A DNA stretch of 64,000 nt from Deltaproteobacteria bacterium (lineage in GTDB: Bacteria; Myxococcota; B64-G9), in the NCBI GenBank assembly GCA_030622135.1, contig JAUXGL010000002.1:24-64023 (forward strand), given 5' to 3'. Position 1 is the stretch's first letter, and each line of letters starts with the position of its first letter. The notes beneath the pieces are model-generated. The model saw only the letters and a program-made list of their open reading frames with translations. It was not told where the DNA came from and ran no database searches. The translations under genes and the position numbers were made by a program. Shown here piece after piece: positions 20,116 to 30,084 of this stretch.

Positions 20116-20122
20116 ATGTGAC

Positions 20123-21442
20123 ATGACTTTGAAACTGGGAATCCGCCGGGAGGACAAGAGCGTCTGGGAGCGCCGGGTACCGCTCACTCCGGATCACGTG
20201 CGCCGGCTGGTCAAAGACGGCGTCCCCGTCGTCGTGCAGCCCTCCAAAACCCGTGTATTTCCCGATGAGGCCTACCGGGAGGCCGGGGCGGAGATCGAAG
20301 AAGATCTCTCCTCCTGCCCGGTGGTGCTGGCGGTCAAGGAGATCCCCTCCAGTCTCTTCGTGTCCGATCACGTCTACGTGTGCTTCGCTCACGTGATCAA
20401 GGGCCAGCCCTACAACATGCCCATGCTGCGCGAACTGCTGGACTCCGGCGGTACTCTGATCGACTACGAGAAGGTGACCGACGGGCAGGGGCGGCGGCTG
20501 ATCTTCTTCGGGCGTCATGCCGGTCTGGCCGGAATGATGGACTCCCTGTGGGCGTTGGGGCGGAGGCTCGAGACCGAGGGGTTCGACACCCCCTTCTCCG
20601 CGCTGCGACCGACTCACTGCTACCAGAACCTGGACGAGATCAAGCAAGCCGTTCGGGAGGTCGGCTTGAAAATTGCCGATGCGGGGCTCCCCCCGGCGCT
20701 CACCCCGATGGTTTTCGGGTTCGCCGGTTATGGCAACGTGTCCCTGGGCGCCCAGGAGATCTTCGATTTACTCCCCCACCAGGAAGTGGCCCCCGAGCAG
20801 TTGCTCAAGCTCCCCAAGACCAATAACCGGCAGGAGCTGGTCAAGGTGGTTTTCAAGGAAAAGCACATGGTGCAGCGGGCGGATCCGAAGGCGCCCTTCG
20901 ATCTCCAGGAGTACTACGACCACCCCGAACGCTATAAGCCCGACTTCGACCAGTACGTGCCCTTGCTGACCGTGATGATCAACTGCATCTACTGGGCGCC
21001 TCAGTACCCCCGGTTGATCACCAAGACTCGGCTGAGAGAGCTATACGCAGGGCAGTCCCCGCCCCGGCTCCGGGTGATCGGAGACGTCAGCTGCGACGTG
21101 GAGGGGGCGGTGGAGTGCACGCTCAAGTGCACCCAGCCGGGAGAGCCGGTGTTCGTGTACCGGGTGCAAGACGACGCCGCCGTCATGGGCGTGAAGGGTG
21201 AAGGGCCGGTGGTGCTCGCCGTGGACAACCTTCCCTGCGAGCTGCCGATGGAGTCATCGCAGGACTTCGGTGACGCGCTCATGCCCTTCATACCCGCCCT
21301 CGTGGAGGTCGACTTTACTCAGCCGTTCGAAAAGCTGGATCTGCCCGTCCCCATCAAGAGGGCGACGATCGCCCACCGGGGGGTCCTGACGCCCGATTAC
21401 GGTTACCTGTCGAGTCATATCGACAAAGCCCAAGGAGATTGA
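20123..21442 (+). CDS. Lysine-ketoglutarate reductase / saccharopine dehydrogenase (L-lysine-forming), AlaDH/PNT-fold
   Basis: The LKR-type N-terminus GIRREDKSVWERRVPLTP is present, followed by a Rossmann fold GFAGYGNVSLGA. Confidence 0.75.
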   Translation: MTLKLGIRREDKSVWERRVPLTPDHVRRLVKDGVPVVVQPSKTRVFPDEAYREAGAEIEEDLSSCPVVLAVKEIPSSLFVSDHVYVCFAHVIKGQPYNMPMLRELLDSGGTLIDYEKVTDGQGRRLIFFGRHAGLAGMMDSLWALGRRLETEGFDTPFSALRPTHCYQNLDEIKQAVREVGLKIADAGLPPALTPMVFGFAGYGNVSLGAQEIFDLLPHQEVAPEQLLKLPKTNNRQELVKVVFKEKHMVQRADPKAPFDLQEYYDHPERYKPDFDQYVPLLTVMINCIYWAPQYPRLITKTRLRELYAGQSPPRLRVIGDVSCDVEGAVECTLKCTQPGEPVFVYRVQDDAAVMGVKGEGPVVLAVDNLPCELPMESSQDFGDALMPFIPALVEVDFTQPFEKLDLPVPIKRATIAHRGVLTPDYGYLSSHIDKAQGD

Positions 21443-22761
21443 AGATGAAAAAAGTACTGGTTCTGGGAGCCGGGCTGGTTTCCCGCCCCCTGGTTCGCTA
21501 CCTGATGGACTCCGAGTTCGAGGTGACCGTAGCCAGCCGCACGGTTGCCAAGGCCGAAAAGCTGATTGAGGGCCACTCCCTCGGGCGGGCGATTTCCCTA
21601 AACGTGGACGACAATCAGGCCATGCGCCAGCTGGTACAAAACTGCGACGTGGTCGTCAGCCTGCTTCCGGCCACCCGCCACATCGAGGTGGCCCGGGCGT
21701 GCCTGGACATGGGCAAGCACATGGCCACCACCTCGTACGTCAGCCCGCAGATGCGCGCCCTGGATACGGAGGCCCAGGAAAAGGGCCTGTTGCTGCTCAA
21801 CGAAATGGGCGTGGATCCGGGCATCGACCACATGTCGGCCATGCAGGTGGTCCACACCGAGGAGAAGGCCGGGGGCACCCTGGTGGGCTTCTCCTCCTGG
21901 TGCGGCGGGCTGCCGGCCCCCGAAGCAAACGACAATCCCTTCGGCTACAAGTTCTCCTGGAGCCCCAAGGGGGTCCTGATCGCATCGAGAAACTCGGCCA
22001 AGTACCGAAAAGACAAAAGCGTGGTGGATATCCCCGCCGACCGCCTCTTCTCCGAGCCCGCCCGGGTGGAGATCCCCGGGGTGGGCACCTTCGAGGGATA
22101 CCCCAACCGCGACTCGGTGTCCTACATGGACACCTACGGTTTCTCCGATCGGGTCAAGGACATGTTTCGGGGGACGCTTCGCAACCAGGGATACTGCCGG
22201 TTGCTCGCCCAGATCGTCCGGTTGGGCCTGCTCGATGACGATTCTCAGCAGGACTTCTCCGGGGTGACCTATCTGGGACTGATGGAGAAGATGTTCTCGA
22301 AGCCCGTGGAGGAAACCATCCCCGCCAAACTGGGAGTAAGCGCAAAAGACTCTCCCCTCGAGGCGATGAAGTTCATCGGCTTGCTTGGCGACCGGCCCGT
22401 CGAGGTCGCGAGTGGATCCTGGATGGACCTGCTCGCCGACCGGATGCAGAAGGCGCTCTGTTACCTGCCGGGTGAGCGCGACATGTTGTTGATGCGTCAC
22501 GACATCACCTTCGAATACGAAGGCGGAAAGCGCAGAGAGTGCATCACCGCCATCATGGTGGACTTCGGCATCCCCAACGGGGACAGCTCCATGGCCCGGA
22601 CGGTTTCCCTGCCCGCCGCCATCGGAACGCGCATGCTGCTGGAGGGAAAGATCCAGCTGCGGGGAGTGCGGATTCCGGTGGTAGCGGATATATACGATCC
22701 GGTGCTTGAGGAGTTGGAGAAGATGGGGATCAGGTTCAAGGAAACCAGGGAGAAGGCGTAG
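21439..22761 (+). CDS. Saccharopine dehydrogenase (NADP+, L-glutamate-forming)-like
   Basis: It has the N-terminal Rossmann motif KKVLVLGAGLVSRPLVRYL and a Sacchrp_dh C-terminal region. It is translationally coupled to the LKR gene. Confidence 0.75.
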   Translation: MKMKKVLVLGAGLVSRPLVRYLMDSEFEVTVASRTVAKAEKLIEGHSLGRAISLNVDDNQAMRQLVQNCDVVVSLLPATRHIEVARACLDMGKHMATTSYVSPQMRALDTEAQEKGLLLLNEMGVDPGIDHMSAMQVVHTEEKAGGTLVGFSSWCGGLPAPEANDNPFGYKFSWSPKGVLIASRNSAKYRKDKSVVDIPADRLFSEPARVEIPGVGTFEGYPNRDSVSYMDTYGFSDRVKDMFRGTLRNQGYCRLLAQIVRLGLLDDDSQQDFSGVTYLGLMEKMFSKPVEETIPAKLGVSAKDSPLEAMKFIGLLGDRPVEVASGSWMDLLADRMQKALCYLPGERDMLLMRHDITFEYEGGKRRECITAIMVDFGIPNGDSSMARTVSLPAAIGTRMLLEGKIQLRGVRIPVVADIYDPVLEELEKMGIRFKETREKA

Positions 22762-22771
22762 TCCGGCTTTT

Positions 22772-23695
22772 TTATGAGGGCTGGGCCGGTTCTTCTCCCG
22801 GTTCTCCCAGGAGATCCTTCAGGTTCTCGGCCACGGTCACCCCATTTTTCAAGGGACGGTAGATCACGTGGTTGGCGCCGTGGTGGATGGCCTCTATGGC
22901 TCCATCCAGGCCGCGCTCCCTGGCCACGGCTACGAAGAGAATGTCCGGCGTGACCAGCAGGGTGCTGCGCAGGAAGCAGGAAGAGGCGGAGTCGCGGCGG
23001 ATGAGATCCAGGTCGCAGATCAACGAGTCGGCGGTCTTCTTCCGGATCGCTTCTAGAACTTCCGTCACACTGGCCATTACCAGCGGCTGGTGACCCAGCA
23101 GCTTCACTCCGTCGACCAGGCATTCCAGGGAATTCCGGTTGGGATCGCATATGAGCACCGGATGCCGGGAGGTGTTCTCCCCCGGTATCCGGGTCGTGAT
23201 CACCCGTTTCTGGCGCAGCTCGATGACCTCGTTGACTTTCTGCTCTAGTTCAGACAGCTCGAAGGGCTTGAGGATGTAGCCGTCCACGCCGATGGCCATG
23301 GCCTCCTCGGCCGACTTCCGGGAGGCGTAAGCGGTGATCAAGATCACGCCCATGTTCTCGTCCACCGCCTTGGCCCGGCGGATCACGTCCAGTCCGGTGA
23401 TTCCGGGAAGGTTCTTGTCGGTGATGAGCAAGTCGAACGGCTCCTTCAAAAGCAGCGAGATGGCCTGCTCCCCGTCGGCCGCGTCGACCAGGTACAGGCC
23501 GGGCTTTTCGAGCACGTTGCGGATCACATCGCGCACGACCAACTCGTCGTCCACCACCAGAATCCGGGAGGATCTTTTATTCGCGGCCACGTCCTCGATT
23601 CCCCAAACAGCCCCCGCTTCGAAGTATGCGCCGATTGTAGCCAAGCCTCGATTTATGCGCAAGCTGTATCTCGACCCGTGGGTTATGGTATCCAT
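22772..23695 (-). CDS. Response regulator (REC domain) with second degenerate receiver-like domain
   Basis: A REC motif is present (ILVVDDELVVRDVI…DLLITDKNLPGITGLDVI…ILKPF). Confidence 0.7.
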   Translation of the reverse strand: MDTITHGSRYSLRINRGLATIGAYFEAGAVWGIEDVAANKRSSRILVVDDELVVRDVIRNVLEKPGLYLVDAADGEQAISLLLKEPFDLLITDKNLPGITGLDVIRRAKAVDENMGVILITAYASRKSAEEAMAIGVDGYILKPFELSELEQKVNEVIELRQKRVITTRIPGENTSRHPVLICDPNRNSLECLVDGVKLLGHQPLVMASVTEVLEAIRKKTADSLICDLDLIRRDSASSCFLRSTLLVTPDILFVAVARERGLDGAIEAIHHGANHVIYRPLKNGVTVAENLKDLLGEPGEEPAQPS

Positions 23696-23741
23696 ACGTC
23701 TTGCATCCCCTTCTTTATCTGGATATGCTCTCGTCTCGACG

Positions 23742-24809
23742 ATGACTGAATCATCGAGAACCGATGGCTATCTGGCCCTGGAGCAGTTGCTCCACGGCCT
23801 TTTGATCGCCCTGCGGCGCTGCCGGAAGAAGTTCATCGACTTGGATCGTGGCGAGATCCATGCCCTGTGCCTCTCGACCCTCTCGGTCCTGGGCGGCGGA
23901 GCACCGGCCGTCCTGCTACTGGCCACTCCGGAGGGCAATTTCCGCCTGGAGCTCTCCTCGGGCCCGATGCCGGGCGATTCCGAAAAGTTGGTGATGGACC
24001 TGTTACCCGACCAGCTAGAGCTGCTTGGCAAAAAACCGAATCGGCTGGGCAAGATCGAAGGCTACAATAGGATGTGCCAGAGCGCCTTCGGCAAGAAAGA
24101 CGTGTTCGGTCGGGCTCTGGTCTCCGGTGACGGCACCGGGACCGGTGTCGTCACCGGCATCCTGCTGGTCCTGCCGCCGGAAGGCCGGGCCCACTCTCCG
24201 GAAGAGCTCGAGGTGCTGCACCTGGTGGCCGCGCAGATCAACACTCTGCTCCAGACCGCCGACGAGTTTGCCGCCCTGGTCGATCTGGCCATGGTGGACG
24301 ATCAAACCGGCTTGTACAACTACCGCTACCTCAACAAGCGTCTGTCCGCGGAGATCTCCCGCGCCACCCGGCACGGGCACCCGCTGTCGCTGCTTTTCTG
24401 TGAGATCGACGACTACGAAATTTTCCGCAAGAACGTCGGTCGCCCGGCGGCGGATCTCCTGCTGACCCAGGTCGGCGATCTGCTCAAATCCCGCGCCGAT
24501 ATCCCCGGCGCCTCCTTCTGTTTCCGGGTCTCGGACATCCCCATCCGCTACGGCGGCGAGAATTTCGTCATCATTCTGCCCGAAACCTTCAAGGAGGGCG
24601 CCCAGACCAAAGCCGAGCGTCTGCGCCGCTACGTGGAGTCTTCGCCCATCGGCGGCGGCGAGAACCAGCCCCTGGGCCGGATCACCATCTCCATCGGTGT
24701 GGCCACCCACCCGGACGACGCCTCCGACACCGCATCTCTCCTCGCCGCCGCCGACCAGGCGCTGCTTGAAGCCAAGGAGCAAGGGAAGAACAAGGTGGAG
24801 TTGGCGTAG
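23742..24809 (+). CDS. GAF-like + GGDEF domain protein with variant signature GGENF
   Basis: The C-terminus has a diguanylate-cyclase fold (YNYRYLNKRL…RYGGENFVIILPE…). The ORF track extends to 23334, but that extension overlaps the divergent response-regulator gene, so I chose the Met at 23742. Confidence 0.7.
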   Translation: MTESSRTDGYLALEQLLHGLLIALRRCRKKFIDLDRGEIHALCLSTLSVLGGGAPAVLLLATPEGNFRLELSSGPMPGDSEKLVMDLLPDQLELLGKKPNRLGKIEGYNRMCQSAFGKKDVFGRALVSGDGTGTGVVTGILLVLPPEGRAHSPEELEVLHLVAAQINTLLQTADEFAALVDLAMVDDQTGLYNYRYLNKRLSAEISRATRHGHPLSLLFCEIDDYEIFRKNVGRPAADLLLTQVGDLLKSRADIPGASFCFRVSDIPIRYGGENFVIILPETFKEGAQTKAERLRRYVESSPIGGGENQPLGRITISIGVATHPDDASDTASLLAAADQALLEAKEQGKNKVELA

Positions 24810-24835
24810 TTAGGCGAGGCGCAAAACCGGAGTTT

Positions 24836-26527
24836 TCAGCGCAGCAGCCGGGAAATGATGATGTGCGGAAAAGCCGAAACCGGACCCTGCTTGCGGATTC
24901 GGTCCAGCAGGAAGACGAGCTTCTGGGTGGTCATGCCGTCGTGGGGCAATAGGATCAACGTCCGGCTGTCTTCAAAACGCGCGTGGGCCTTTGAGAGAGC
25001 CTCCGACAGCCCGGCCAAATCCCGGGTTTTGAGACGGTCGGGCAACGTCGCCGCCAGGGAGTCGAGGTCTTCTGCGGAAACTCCAAACCCTCCGAAACTG
25101 ATCTCCATCCGGTCCTTTTCCACGATGAGGTTGGCCGTCACCCCGCCGGACGGCTTTAAATTTCCCTCGAAGTGGGCGATCTCGAAGGGGATCGCTCGGA
25201 AGAATGAAAAGTGTTTCGATAAGCATACGCCGTACAGGCGCAGCTCCCCGGTGCAGCGTTTTTCCACGGGCGGACGGACCACCAGGTGAAACCGGCGCCA
25301 GCCGGCCACTCCCGCCGCGCGCAAGAAGGTATATAACCGTTCGAAGCGCAGGCGCGAGTCGGCGGCCAGGTTGGGCGCTTCCTCCCTGGGCGTGTCGGTC
25401 CGCCGACCCAGGACGGGAACCTCGCCCTCGAGAACCAGCTTCTCCTCCAACCATGCGGATTTTTCAGATACCATTAGAAGTGGCCCCGGACCGGGCCCGC
25501 CGGTCGATTGGCTGACGGGCAACTCCAGGTCGGCGGGCAGGACCAGCACGCACCGCTCTCGATACTGACCGCGCCAGCCCAACTCGAAGCCGGTGCCCAT
25601 TCCCAAAATGGCCAGCAGTACCAGCAGCAACCCGATCGTTTTTTTCGCGGACGCGAAGCCGAAGCGCCCCACCCGCAGGAAAACCGCCGCCAGCACAAGA
25701 ATCGAGAGAAACGGAAGTAGGTGCTGAAGCGCCGTCGCTGCCACCACGCCGGCCTCCGCCCGGTCGTCGCCGGTCAGTCCCGGCGTATCAAAAGCCAAAT
25801 GGTGCAACCCGCAAGTCCGATGATAGGAAACCAGGGCCCAGCCCAGCATGAACAGACCGCCGGTGGCCGCCAGGATGGCGGGCAGGGCCGAGGAATTTGT
25901 TGTCACCCGGGGGAACAGGCGTGCCCAGAGCCACAGCACCGCACCGCCCCCCAGCAGAACCCACAGCCCCCGCACGGCGTAGCCGCCCACCTGGGTTTTC
26001 TCGGGCATGGCCGCATCCACGAAAGTCCACGCGGCAACGGCGATGAATGTCGCCCCGGCCACAACAAACACCCATCCGGCCTCCCTGACCGTTGCACGCT
26101 CACGGGGCATAAGCACCGAGAGCGTGCCCAGCCACAACGAGCCGGTGGCCAGCAGGCCCAGAAACAGATGCCGCTGGGCGAAGAAGGCCACGGCCAGGAA
26201 CAGATCGCAATCGGTTCCCGCCCCGGTTACCCGGGGCACCCGACCGATGTAGAGACAAGCCACGCCCAGGCCCAGGACGGCGGGAGCCAGGCAAAAGTAC
26301 AAAGCCAGATCGGGCCGGGCCGGGACCCGCCAGAGCACCAGGGCCAGCGACATTGCCCAGGCGGCCGCGATCGCCAGGTAGGGAACATCGATGGGTGAGC
26401 CCAGTTCCCGTAGATGGCCGCCCGAGTGCAGTCCGAACAACAACAGGGCCACCAAAAAAGCGAGAAACTGCCCCCCCAGCAGCCGGACAAACGGACTACC
26501 TTGCGAGGCGGGAGACTCCGGGGGCAT
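24836..26527 (-). CDS. Polytopic membrane protein with soluble C-terminal domain, function unknown
   Basis: About 9-10 predicted TM helices in the first 320 aa are followed by a soluble tail of about 240 aa. Confidence 0.55.
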   Translation of the reverse strand: MPPESPASQGSPFVRLLGGQFLAFLVALLLFGLHSGGHLRELGSPIDVPYLAIAAAWAMSLALVLWRVPARPDLALYFCLAPAVLGLGVACLYIGRVPRVTGAGTDCDLFLAVAFFAQRHLFLGLLATGSLWLGTLSVLMPRERATVREAGWVFVVAGATFIAVAAWTFVDAAMPEKTQVGGYAVRGLWVLLGGGAVLWLWARLFPRVTTNSSALPAILAATGGLFMLGWALVSYHRTCGLHHLAFDTPGLTGDDRAEAGVVAATALQHLLPFLSILVLAAVFLRVGRFGFASAKKTIGLLLVLLAILGMGTGFELGWRGQYRERCVLVLPADLELPVSQSTGGPGPGPLLMVSEKSAWLEEKLVLEGEVPVLGRRTDTPREEAPNLAADSRLRFERLYTFLRAAGVAGWRRFHLVVRPPVEKRCTGELRLYGVCLSKHFSFFRAIPFEIAHFEGNLKPSGGVTANLIVEKDRMEISFGGFGVSAEDLDSLAATLPDRLKTRDLAGLSEALSKAHARFEDSRTLILLPHDGMTTQKLVFLLDRIRKQGPVSAFPHIIISRLLR

Positions 26528-26541
26528 TCGTCAAGGCCGAA

Positions 26542-29500
26542 TCAGTATCCCTGGCCCTGGTTGGCCTTATTCCCGCGGAACTTGGGAAAGGAGCCCGAGA
26601 AGTCGCCAAGATATGCGTGGCCCTGGATGGCCCAGAGGTAACCGCCGTTGGACCCTCCCCATGTCTCCAGCAGGTAGACCACCCCGTTAGGCCCGATGAC
26701 CGGAGAAGAGACGATGGAGCCCGAGCTGCTCACCGAGACTCCGATGCCCCACTCCATCATCCCCGCCAGGCTGTAGCAGTACAGGTACTTGCCGCTGTGG
26801 AACAGGAAGGAGCCGTCGTGCCCCACGGTGATGCTGGAGTTGGTCTCGGGAGCCATCCAGGCATTGTCCAGGTCTCCGCCTTTGGAGATGTAGATGTATA
26901 TGTTGCCCACCCACGAGGTCCCGGTGGCATGGGAGGTCATATAGACGATGTCTCCGCCGCCGGCCTCGGGCACCGTGGTCGGAGAGCAACCTTCTACCAG
27001 GGTAGAGGTCACATTGTTCCCCTCGGCAACCGAGACCGGGAAGTCTGCAATCGGGTCTCCGGTTTTGCCATCGAGGCCGTGGAGCAGTCCGTCGTCGCAG
27101 CCGATGTAGACGGTGCCGTCCACGCCGATGGCCGGCGAGCTGTTGCAGGCAGCGTCGGTGGTAACCACCCACGCCGGCGGATCGCTGTCTTCAACGTCGA
27201 TGGCGACAATAAAGCCACCCAACGCCGACTCCATGCCGAAGACCACGTACTCCTCGCCGGCCGGCCCGATGTCACCCAGGGCCGGGGAGCTGTCCATTGC
27301 ATTGCTGTGCGGGTAGTTCCACTTCTCCGAGCCGTCCGGGTTGACCGCGTAGAAGCCGTCGCCGCGGGTGCCGAAGTAAATGGTTCCGTCGATGCCGACC
27401 GCCGGCGAAGAATGAATCTCGTAACCCGCTGCCGGCACTGTCCAGCCGGCCTCGGCCAGTCCGGTGGAAGCTACCAGGGCGAGAAGGCCGCTGGTACTCC
27501 CAACGTAGAGGGTCTGCTCGTCGTACGAGAGCGCAATCGACGTGGTCAGATCCAATCCAAACCTGGCGTATACCCGGGCGCCTGCCGAGTTGGTTTTTCG
27601 GAGGTATCCGTTATCGCCGACGGTGTAGACGTTTCCGCTCGTGTCGATGGCCGGTGTACTGGAACCGCCGTAAACGAACGATTTCCAGACTACGTCACCG
27701 TAGCCTTCCCATCCCGGTGTGCAGATGGTCCGCTTCCAGAAGTCTTGGGAGTTGTCATCGGTGTCGTTGTGCCAGACCCAGCGGCTGAGGCAGGGGGTGT
27801 AGGGTGGGTCGTAGGGGGGTGTGTTGTAGTTGGCTGCCGCGGCAGGCTGGCCTTCCCCGACGAACGTCCCGCCGCCGGAGAAGTCGCCGTACCCCAGCGC
27901 GTCGGTGACGATCACCTCGGCATACACTACTTTCAGATTGTCGTGATCGTTCTGCAGCAGATTGCCGCTCCCATGGGTCATGTCCCGCTGGGCGGCCGTT
28001 TCCGCATCGGCGATGGAGGTGGCGATGACGAAGTGCCCGTTGGAGGGCAGCGTGTACCCGTCCAGCGGAATGGTCATGTAGATCTGCCCGTTGGCTCCGT
28101 TGACCCCCTCCACCGAGAAGTTATCCAGGCTGGCGCCGCCGGGGCCGTACAGCTCGATGAACTCGCGCTCGCCGTCGATGCCTTCGTCGTCGTAGAGGAT
28201 TTCATTGATCAGAATCGTCATGGGCGTGGTGGTGATGCAGTTGCCGCGGTAGCACATCTCGGTCCCCACCTGGCAATCCATCGGGGTGCCCCACTCCAGG
28301 CAGGGATCCCCGTCGAAATACCCGCACTTGTGCCAGGCGTTCTCTCCCATGATGCACTCGACCTCGTTGATGCCCGGACACTCATCGGTGCAGATCACCA
28401 CGCAGTCTCCGTCCTGGCACTCCTCGTTGTAGGCACAGTAGGTGATGTCCGACAAGTCCAGGCAGTCGTCTTCATCGTACTCCCCGCAAACCCGGAAACC
28501 GTTGTCGTGGTCGTCGCAGATCGGCAACCCCACTTGGGCCTGGGTACATTCGTCGATGCAATCCACCAGGCACTCACCGATCGAGCAAGTTGTCCCCGCG
28601 GGACAGGTCACGTGTCCGCCCCACTCCAGGCAGGGGTCGGCATCGTAGTCGCCGCAGATGTCGTACCCGTCGCCCGAGCACTGGTGGGAGTCCACCACGG
28701 TGCAATCGTCGTCGCAGACGATTTCACACTGGGCTGTGTCCTCATTGCAGGCCTCCCCGTCACCGCAAGGGGTCACGCCGGACCACTCCAGGCAGGAGTC
28801 CGGATCGAACTGGCCACACTCGTGCCAGCCGTTCTCGAAGCACTCCCGCTCTTCCAGGGTGTCGCATTCGTTGCTGCAGCTAATCACGCACTCGGCGGTG
28901 ACCGGGTCGCAGATATGGCCCACGCCGCAATCGGTGACGGTCGACCATTCCAGGCAATCGTCGGCATCGTAATTGCCGCACTCGTGCCAGCCGCTGAGGT
29001 CACCGATGCACTCCTTCACACCGGATTCATCGCATTCGTTTTGGCACTCCTCTGTAGTACACACGCCGTTGTCGCATCTCTCGCCATTGGCGACGTCGCA
29101 TTCCTCGATGTCGCTCCACTCCCGGCAGGGGTCGGCATCGTAGTTGCCGCAGACCTTGAAGTGGGTGTTGTCTGTGCAGACCCGCTCGTTCTCGTCGCAA
29201 TCGTCCTGGCAGTCCTCCACGCACTCTCCGCCGTCGCACTTGAACCCGGTTTCGCAGGCCACGTGGCCGCCCCACTCCAGGCAGGGATCGCTGTCAAAGT
29301 CGCCGCAGGTGTCGTAGCCGTCGGTCGAGCAGCGCCGGTCTCCCTCTGTGGGGCACTCGTCCGAGCAGGAGATCTCGCACCGGCCGGTTTGCTCGTTGCA
29401 GGTTTCGAAGGAAGCGCAGTCGGTGATACCCGACCAGTCCAGGCAGGGGTCGGCGTCGTAGTAACCGCACACCCGGTAGCCGTTGCCTTCGCAGATGCGC

Positions 29501-30084
29501 TGCTCCTTTGCGCAGTCATCCTGGCACTCGTCCGAGCAAGTTGCCGTCTGGGTGTCGCAGGTCTGGCCGGCCGGGCAGTCGGTTTGCTGGCCCCAGTCCA
29601 GGCAGTCGTCCTGATTGTAGTCCCCGCAGATCTCGAAGCCCTCCTTGAGGGGGTCGGGGATGCAACGGCGGTCGCCGGCCTGCTTGCATTCGTCGGTGCA
29701 GTCGGTCACGCAGTTTCCGTTTTCGCAAACCTGGCCGGTGTCGCAGGACTGGGCGGTCATCCATTCCTTGCAGGTGTCGTTGTTCGGATCGCCACACACC
29801 TGGAACATATCGGCGGAACCCGAGAAGCAGCGCCGCTCCCCCTCGGTGCACTCGTCCGAGCAGGGCACGCAGATCCCCTTGGAGCAAAACTGGCCGGTCG
29901 CACAAGCGTTGTCGCAGCTTCCGCAATGGGACCGGTTTATGCTCATGTCCACGCATTCGTTTACGCATTTCTTCTGCCCCGGGGGACACTCGGATGCGGA
30001 GTCGCCACCGCAACCGGTAACGAGGGTAATGGCCAACAGGGGTATCAAACAACACAGCATCCACAGTTTCCACAGCTTCTTCAT
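26542..30084 (-). CDS. Large secreted lipoprotein: Myxococcus-type Cys-rich N-terminal module, about 11 x 52-aa six-Cys repeats, lamin-tail-like domain (LTD), PQQ-like beta-propeller
   Basis: A signal peptide with lipobox LVTGC is present. The repeats are C-x-DEC…R-C…CG-YD-D-CL-W…C. The LTD-like segment is ILINEILYD…EFIELYG. The C-terminus has repeated beta-propeller blades (…DGTIYFGT…, …DGTVYIGC…). Confidence 0.75.
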   Translation of the reverse strand: MKKLWKLWMLCCLIPLLAITLVTGCGGDSASECPPGQKKCVNECVDMSINRSHCGSCDNACATGQFCSKGICVPCSDECTEGERRCFSGSADMFQVCGDPNNDTCKEWMTAQSCDTGQVCENGNCVTDCTDECKQAGDRRCIPDPLKEGFEICGDYNQDDCLDWGQQTDCPAGQTCDTQTATCSDECQDDCAKEQRICEGNGYRVCGYYDADPCLDWSGITDCASFETCNEQTGRCEISCSDECPTEGDRRCSTDGYDTCGDFDSDPCLEWGGHVACETGFKCDGGECVEDCQDDCDENERVCTDNTHFKVCGNYDADPCREWSDIEECDVANGERCDNGVCTTEECQNECDESGVKECIGDLSGWHECGNYDADDCLEWSTVTDCGVGHICDPVTAECVISCSNECDTLEERECFENGWHECGQFDPDSCLEWSGVTPCGDGEACNEDTAQCEIVCDDDCTVVDSHQCSGDGYDICGDYDADPCLEWGGHVTCPAGTTCSIGECLVDCIDECTQAQVGLPICDDHDNGFRVCGEYDEDDCLDLSDITYCAYNEECQDGDCVVICTDECPGINEVECIMGENAWHKCGYFDGDPCLEWGTPMDCQVGTEMCYRGNCITTTPMTILINEILYDDEGIDGEREFIELYGPGGASLDNFSVEGVNGANGQIYMTIPLDGYTLPSNGHFVIATSIADAETAAQRDMTHGSGNLLQNDHDNLKVVYAEVIVTDALGYGDFSGGGTFVGEGQPAAAANYNTPPYDPPYTPCLSRWVWHNDTDDNSQDFWKRTICTPGWEGYGDVVWKSFVYGGSSTPAIDTSGNVYTVGDNGYLRKTNSAGARVYARFGLDLTTSIALSYDEQTLYVGSTSGLLALVASTGLAEAGWTVPAAGYEIHSSPAVGIDGTIYFGTRGDGFYAVNPDGSEKWNYPHSNAMDSSPALGDIGPAGEEYVVFGMESALGGFIVAIDVEDSDPPAWVVTTDAACNSSPAIGVDGTVYIGCDDGLLHGLDGKTGDPIADFPVSVAEGNNVTSTLVEGCSPTTVPEAGGGDIVYMTSHATGTSWVGNIYIYISKGGDLDNAWMAPETNSSITVGHDGSFLFHSGKYLYCYSLAGMMEWGIGVSVSSSGSIVSSPVIGPNGVVYLLETWGGSNGGYLWAIQGHAYLGDFSGSFPKFRGNKANQGQGY

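Noticed and set aside
23334-23741. N-terminal 136-aa extension of the GGDEF ORF
   Set aside because: It overlaps the 5' part of the divergently encoded response regulator gene (22772..23695). Its translation is Ser/Thr/Arg-rich and unlike the GAF/GGDEF body, so the start was moved to the Met at 23742.
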